This document shows, one piece after another, positions 59,390-64,000 of a stretch of DNA of 64,000 bases. This stretch comes from Octopus vulgaris. Lineage: Eukaryota. The stretch lies in assembly GCA_951406725.2 (NCBI GenBank), contig OX597826.1:59024001-59088000 (forward strand), given 5' to 3'. Both the position numbers and the translations under genes were made by a program. Numbering within the stretch: position 1 is the first letter of the stretch; every line of letters begins with the position of its first letter. Under the pieces are notes generated by a model, which saw only the letters and a list, made by a program, of their open reading frames with translations, had not been told where the DNA came from and searched no databases.

Positions 59390-60450
59390 CATACATTGGT
59401 GCAATCAGAAGTTTGTATCTATAAATTTTTAAATTTTTTATACATGCACGTGTGAATTTATTGGTCTCGTATGGAAAGAATTGCTCAAACTGGCCATATT
59501 AACTTTATTAACTTACATTGTTCTTTGAAATTGCACATGTTAGCAGGGTATTTTTCTGTTCCTAACGATGGCATTGAGCCCCTGTTTAATGAATTTCGAA
59601 TTCTCTTCGAAAGATCTTCAGGAACATACTGTCTTTTTCTCAAATACTTTCACACTGTGATTTCTGTCAAATCACTTTTCCCGAATACTGTCCTTTGAAT
59701 GGAGAAGGGTACCGGATTCGGAATGTTCTGTGTCTGGATGGAGAAATACTGAGCAGCTTAATACGCTGATTGCTTGGTTTGATCCCAGACATCTGTATGA
59801 TTGAGCATTTTCATGGTGAATGTGGATCGTCTTAAAATTCTTGTTCGATCTTCCCTCCAGAAATTACGTTACGCATTTTGGGCATGTCATTCATTCTAAC
59901 GTTCTCCGCTCATGGAACAAACATGTTCCAGAAAAATCAAAGAGCAACGCCCTTATGATGCAAAGGAAAAAACTACCACCATGATTTTCTTTGTTCACCG
60001 GCTGTTACGTATTCTTTTGTAGTGCGACGTTACTCTTTGGGATAAGCCTACGTGTCTAGATTATAATGATACGCACTCGCTTTATTTCCTGTCACTAGTA
60101 TTCAAAAATACCTTTGGCTTCACTGGCATCCAAAATTTTCAGCAGGTTAGATAATACTACTAAACAGTTCTCTTTCAAATCGGGTGTCAACTACCGAGAG
60201 ATTGATATTGCATACATATTACGATACACAGTCTTCCACCATCTTCTGGAACGCATTGTGACCTGAGCAACAACAAGCTTACGGTTTATGACACGTCTTC
60301 CAAAGTGAATAATTCGTGGATTCGCAAGCAAATCGTGTCAGGTGTCACAGCTGAAGACAAAAGAAGTGCGTGGGTTGGTTTCAGTGCTGATGTCCCCATT
60401 AAACTTCATCCATCTCTGCTCAATATACTGTGGCATCTGTGAATGTCGGA
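59390..60450 (-). pseudogene. Probable ancient mariner-like remnant
   Basis: Only scattered similarity to mariner transposase segments; no intact motif. Confidence 0.3.
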
Positions 60451-60659
60451 ATGCGTAACCTATTCATTCACCAAAAGCTCAACCATGACGTCATTTTGCT
60501 TCCACATGGAAGACATAAAATTTTGCAATGGGGAAGAGTTAAGAAGAAAGAAATACTGTACTTGCGTGTGCGATTTGAACGATTTATGTCAGCTAACAAG
60601 TACTCTGTGCTCGACTTTCAGTTGCAACCATGTGTGTGTTTGTATGCTAATGTGAATGA

Positions 60660-60692
<33 letters not shown>

Positions 60693-60852
60693 CTGATATG
60701 AGGTCAGTATCTATCGATCTGTCTGGACATATATATACATATATACACATGTACACACACATGCATACACACACGCGCTGATACACACTCGCAAATACAT
60801 ATACGCACACTGGCGCGCGCGTACACACAAATACACAGGCGCACGCGCGCGT

Positions 60853-60945
60853 CAAATCCCTTCTAGGGCTGCAGGTAACTTGTAACCCAATACAACCTGT
60901 AGCATGGTCGGGCTATCGACGACAAAACTGGCAAGCTTACCAGTC
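60853..60945 (+). repeat. Family Y repeat, short copy
   Basis: ggtaacttgtaacccaatacaacctgtagcatggtcggg matches 62261-62300 and 56630-56680. Confidence 0.65.
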
Positions 60946-62235
60946 AAGATTGTTTCGATATGACGGTTACTTTCGTTGAAGGAAATACAAGAACACAAAG
61001 AAAGGAATGACCATTCATCGGCTGACGATGAGTAATTTCTCATCTTGAATTAAAGACCCCTCAAAGAGAAGAGGAATTCTGATGTAACACTTGGGACTTC
61101 GTTTTCATCCAAAGAAATGGACTCGTTCCTGTTGGGTAATGCATATGCTGTTTATAGAATGTGACTGGCTCTGTCTAAAACTTTTCCTCACTACAGATAG
61201 CTCCAGGCATAACGATTGGCTTTTAATATCCGTGTTGCATAATGTGAACTTGGTCAGCCCTACGCACGATGACGTCTCTGGGGCCATAAACTTGGTATCA
61301 CCCGACCCCCATTAAGCAATAGCATGAAACAAGCACAATGTGTGCAGATGGCCAATAAAGGTAAAAACTGGTACACACCTTCAGTCCATGATAAAATGAA
61401 GTCTCTGAACACCCACTACACACGGTACCCATTGCTGTCACGGCTGCACAAAGTGTGTCGGTCCGTAGAATGATTGAGAGTACAAAGCCGTAAGCCGAGA
61501 TTTTCAGGTTCTCAAGTCAATATTCAGATGGCTATGAATACAAATCATGGCGCTTAAGCGGCGCTTGTCCCTGAGAAAGGCGACCTAAAACTGCAAATGT
61601 TATTTGTTGTCAGCTAAATGAAATGATGTATCATGTTCGAAAGCATCGCACAACCATTTACAAAAATTTGGTCGTCTATCGATCGATTTTAATACTATCG
61701 TTTTAACCCCTTGCTTGCACATTAACTCACATAGAAATACGCACTGTGTAACACACGCGGGCACATAAACCACATTCACACATTCACGCACACACACACA
61801 CACACACATGCACATACACACGACCCCCCCTACACACACACACACACACACACACAAAAGGAAATATTCTTGTATAAATATCATTGAGTGATTATCTTCC
61901 CTGTATTGTAATTGGTTGTTGGAAAAATAAGGTCGCAACATTTAAGAGCGTCAAAAGGTTACTACATCATTCGAACACGCGCTTCCTCAAAGAAACGAAG
62001 TATTTATTCAAAGAGAATTATTTGTGAATTGAAACTGAACACAACGGACGGTTATTGAAAAGGTAATGCTATAGACACCTATTTTACATAATTTCTATCT
62101 TTATTTTGTTTCAGCTATAAAGTACTTACATCTGATATTCAAATTCGTAGCTGTGGTCGTATGTATGTATGTATGTATGTATGTATGTATGTATGTATGT
62201 ATGTATGTATGTATGTATGTATGTATGTATGTATG

Positions 62236-62545
62236 TGTCAGGTCACTTTCGAGTGCTACTGGTAACATGTAACCCAGTACAACCTGTTGCATGGTCGGGT
62301 CGTCGGCGACTAAACCGGCAACCACACCAAGCTTGCTTGGTGAGGAGGGTGTTTATTGGACACCCTGCCGGATGAAAAACAAACCCCGTCAAAGGGCGGA
62401 GGAAATCTTGAGAGTCAACGTCTATCCAATAAATGCCTTAAGGATGTATCATGCGCGGGGTCATAGAAAAAATCGGACTGAATACCCGATCGCGCGGTTA
62501 AACCATTGGAAGTAAATGACTCCAAAGTCGTTGGCCATCGAACAG
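62236..62545 (+). mobile_element. Family Y repeat, possibly a LINE 5' UTR
   Basis: Three copies in the window; begins right after (TATG)n; GC-richer and hairpin-forming. Confidence 0.5.
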
Positions 62546-62975
62546 TAAGTCAGAGCAACCATGACTTTGTATAGAGACCACTCTATGAGAAGGAAACATT
62601 GAAGTCATACCTCCGACTTCATTTGTATTTAACCTTGTAGAGTAATTCTTCATTGTAGCAAGTGCTTACCTTGTTAAGAGAGAGGGATTAGCACTGTCCA
62701 AGCAATTTGCTGACCTTAAACATTTTGAGACACAGACAACGCATGATTTTTTAAAATCTCTACTATCTGTTGCAGACGATGTCCTATCGTTGCCGAAAAA
62801 GGCAAAAAACATTCAGTGAAAAATTCCAAAAGGGAATGAAGGGAGGGTTCAACGACGATGGTAAGCTTTTAGAACACGTGCTCCTATCGTCGCCACATCT
62901 TCGCAAAAGAGTGCAGGTACCCAGGTGGACTAAAGAGTTACATAGGTACTGCCTAAGCGTGAAAGAAAACTGAAG

Positions 62976-63017
<42 letters not shown>

Positions 63018-63026
63018 GCCTCTCTC

Positions 63027-63092
<66 letters not shown>

Positions 63093-64000
63093 CCTATGTA
63101 TATACCTTTATCTATCTAACTTGCACATGTTTGTGTGTGTGCGTGTCTATGCGTAAATATGAGTTCATTACCTATGTGTACGTCAGTGTACTTATATGTA
63201 TGCATGTATAGCTATTGATACAATTACACACGCGTGTGCACACACACATATGTACGTATGTCCATGGGCGTATGCGTGAGTATGCATCCATACACATACA
63301 CGTACGTGTTATTACTATTTCTTGCAATTTGTGTACTTTTGAGTGTTGTAGCAAAAAAGTAGCTACGAATGAGTATAACATTTTACGAACTGATATTGGT
63401 AGTTAAAAATTCACGTTTAGAAGAGTACCTCTTTCCATCGCTAGCGTTGCAACATGAGCCATTGTTAAGCACTTCTTATTTTCAAAAAATATTTAGCTGC
63501 GCTTTGCTGTTCCCAATTCTTCCAAGACTCACTCACATCGTGTCTTCCAACAAGTGTTTGTCCCCGAATACTGGCCTTCACATAGAAACTTGGAGGTTGC
63601 TGTCGGAAAGTACCAGAATGTATTACAGATGTGAATCGTTGAGCAGCTGAATTTGTTGATTGCCTGGTTTGTTGCCAAATACGTGTGCTGCCTGGTTCGT
63701 TGCCAAATACGTATGTGGTCGAACATCGTCGCGGTAAATGCGTATCGTCTTCGGATTCTTGTTAGATTTCCAACTCCAAAAGATTTCCTCAAGCATTTTG
63801 GCTGTCTCAGTTTGCTACATCTAATTCATCATACAATAAGATCAAAGAGAAGATGGCCCCATATGCCAATAAAAAAATAAATAAATAAATAAATAAATGA
63901 AATTGCCACTACGACTTTTTGAGTTGTTTGCTGGCTTATAAATTCTTGATTTTGGGGAGTATGTTACGATATTCCGCGGGCTAAGCCTTCAATTCTGTAT

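Overview
This is AT-rich eukaryotic non-coding DNA, saturated with microsatellites ((TA)n, (CA)n, (TATC)n, (TATG)n, (AAT)n) and transposable elements. The SINE families suggest an octopus or other cephalopod genome (inference). No host protein-coding gene is supported, and almost all listed ORFs are translations of simple repeats. Recognisable elements are: a 5'-truncated Penelope-like element (PLE) with an open RT/GIY-YIG frame (57202-58473); RTE, R4/Dong-like, Hero-like and CR1-like LINE fragments; Tc1/mariner remnants; Helitron-like non-autonomous elements; at least three tRNA-derived SINE families, several with clear target-site duplications (TSDs); a 4-kb 9/10-bp satellite; and a 5x138-bp tandem array. 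The most striking pattern is a set of six fold-back (palindromic) elements, mostly set in (TA)n/(TG)n tracts. One carries a hammerhead ribozyme with an intact catalytic core (8992-9067, minus strand), and other hammerhead-like motifs are scattered through the window. My reading (inference) is a population of non-autonomous, ribozyme-bearing PLE pseudo-LTR derivatives that target microsatellites. All coordinates and pairings were read by eye.
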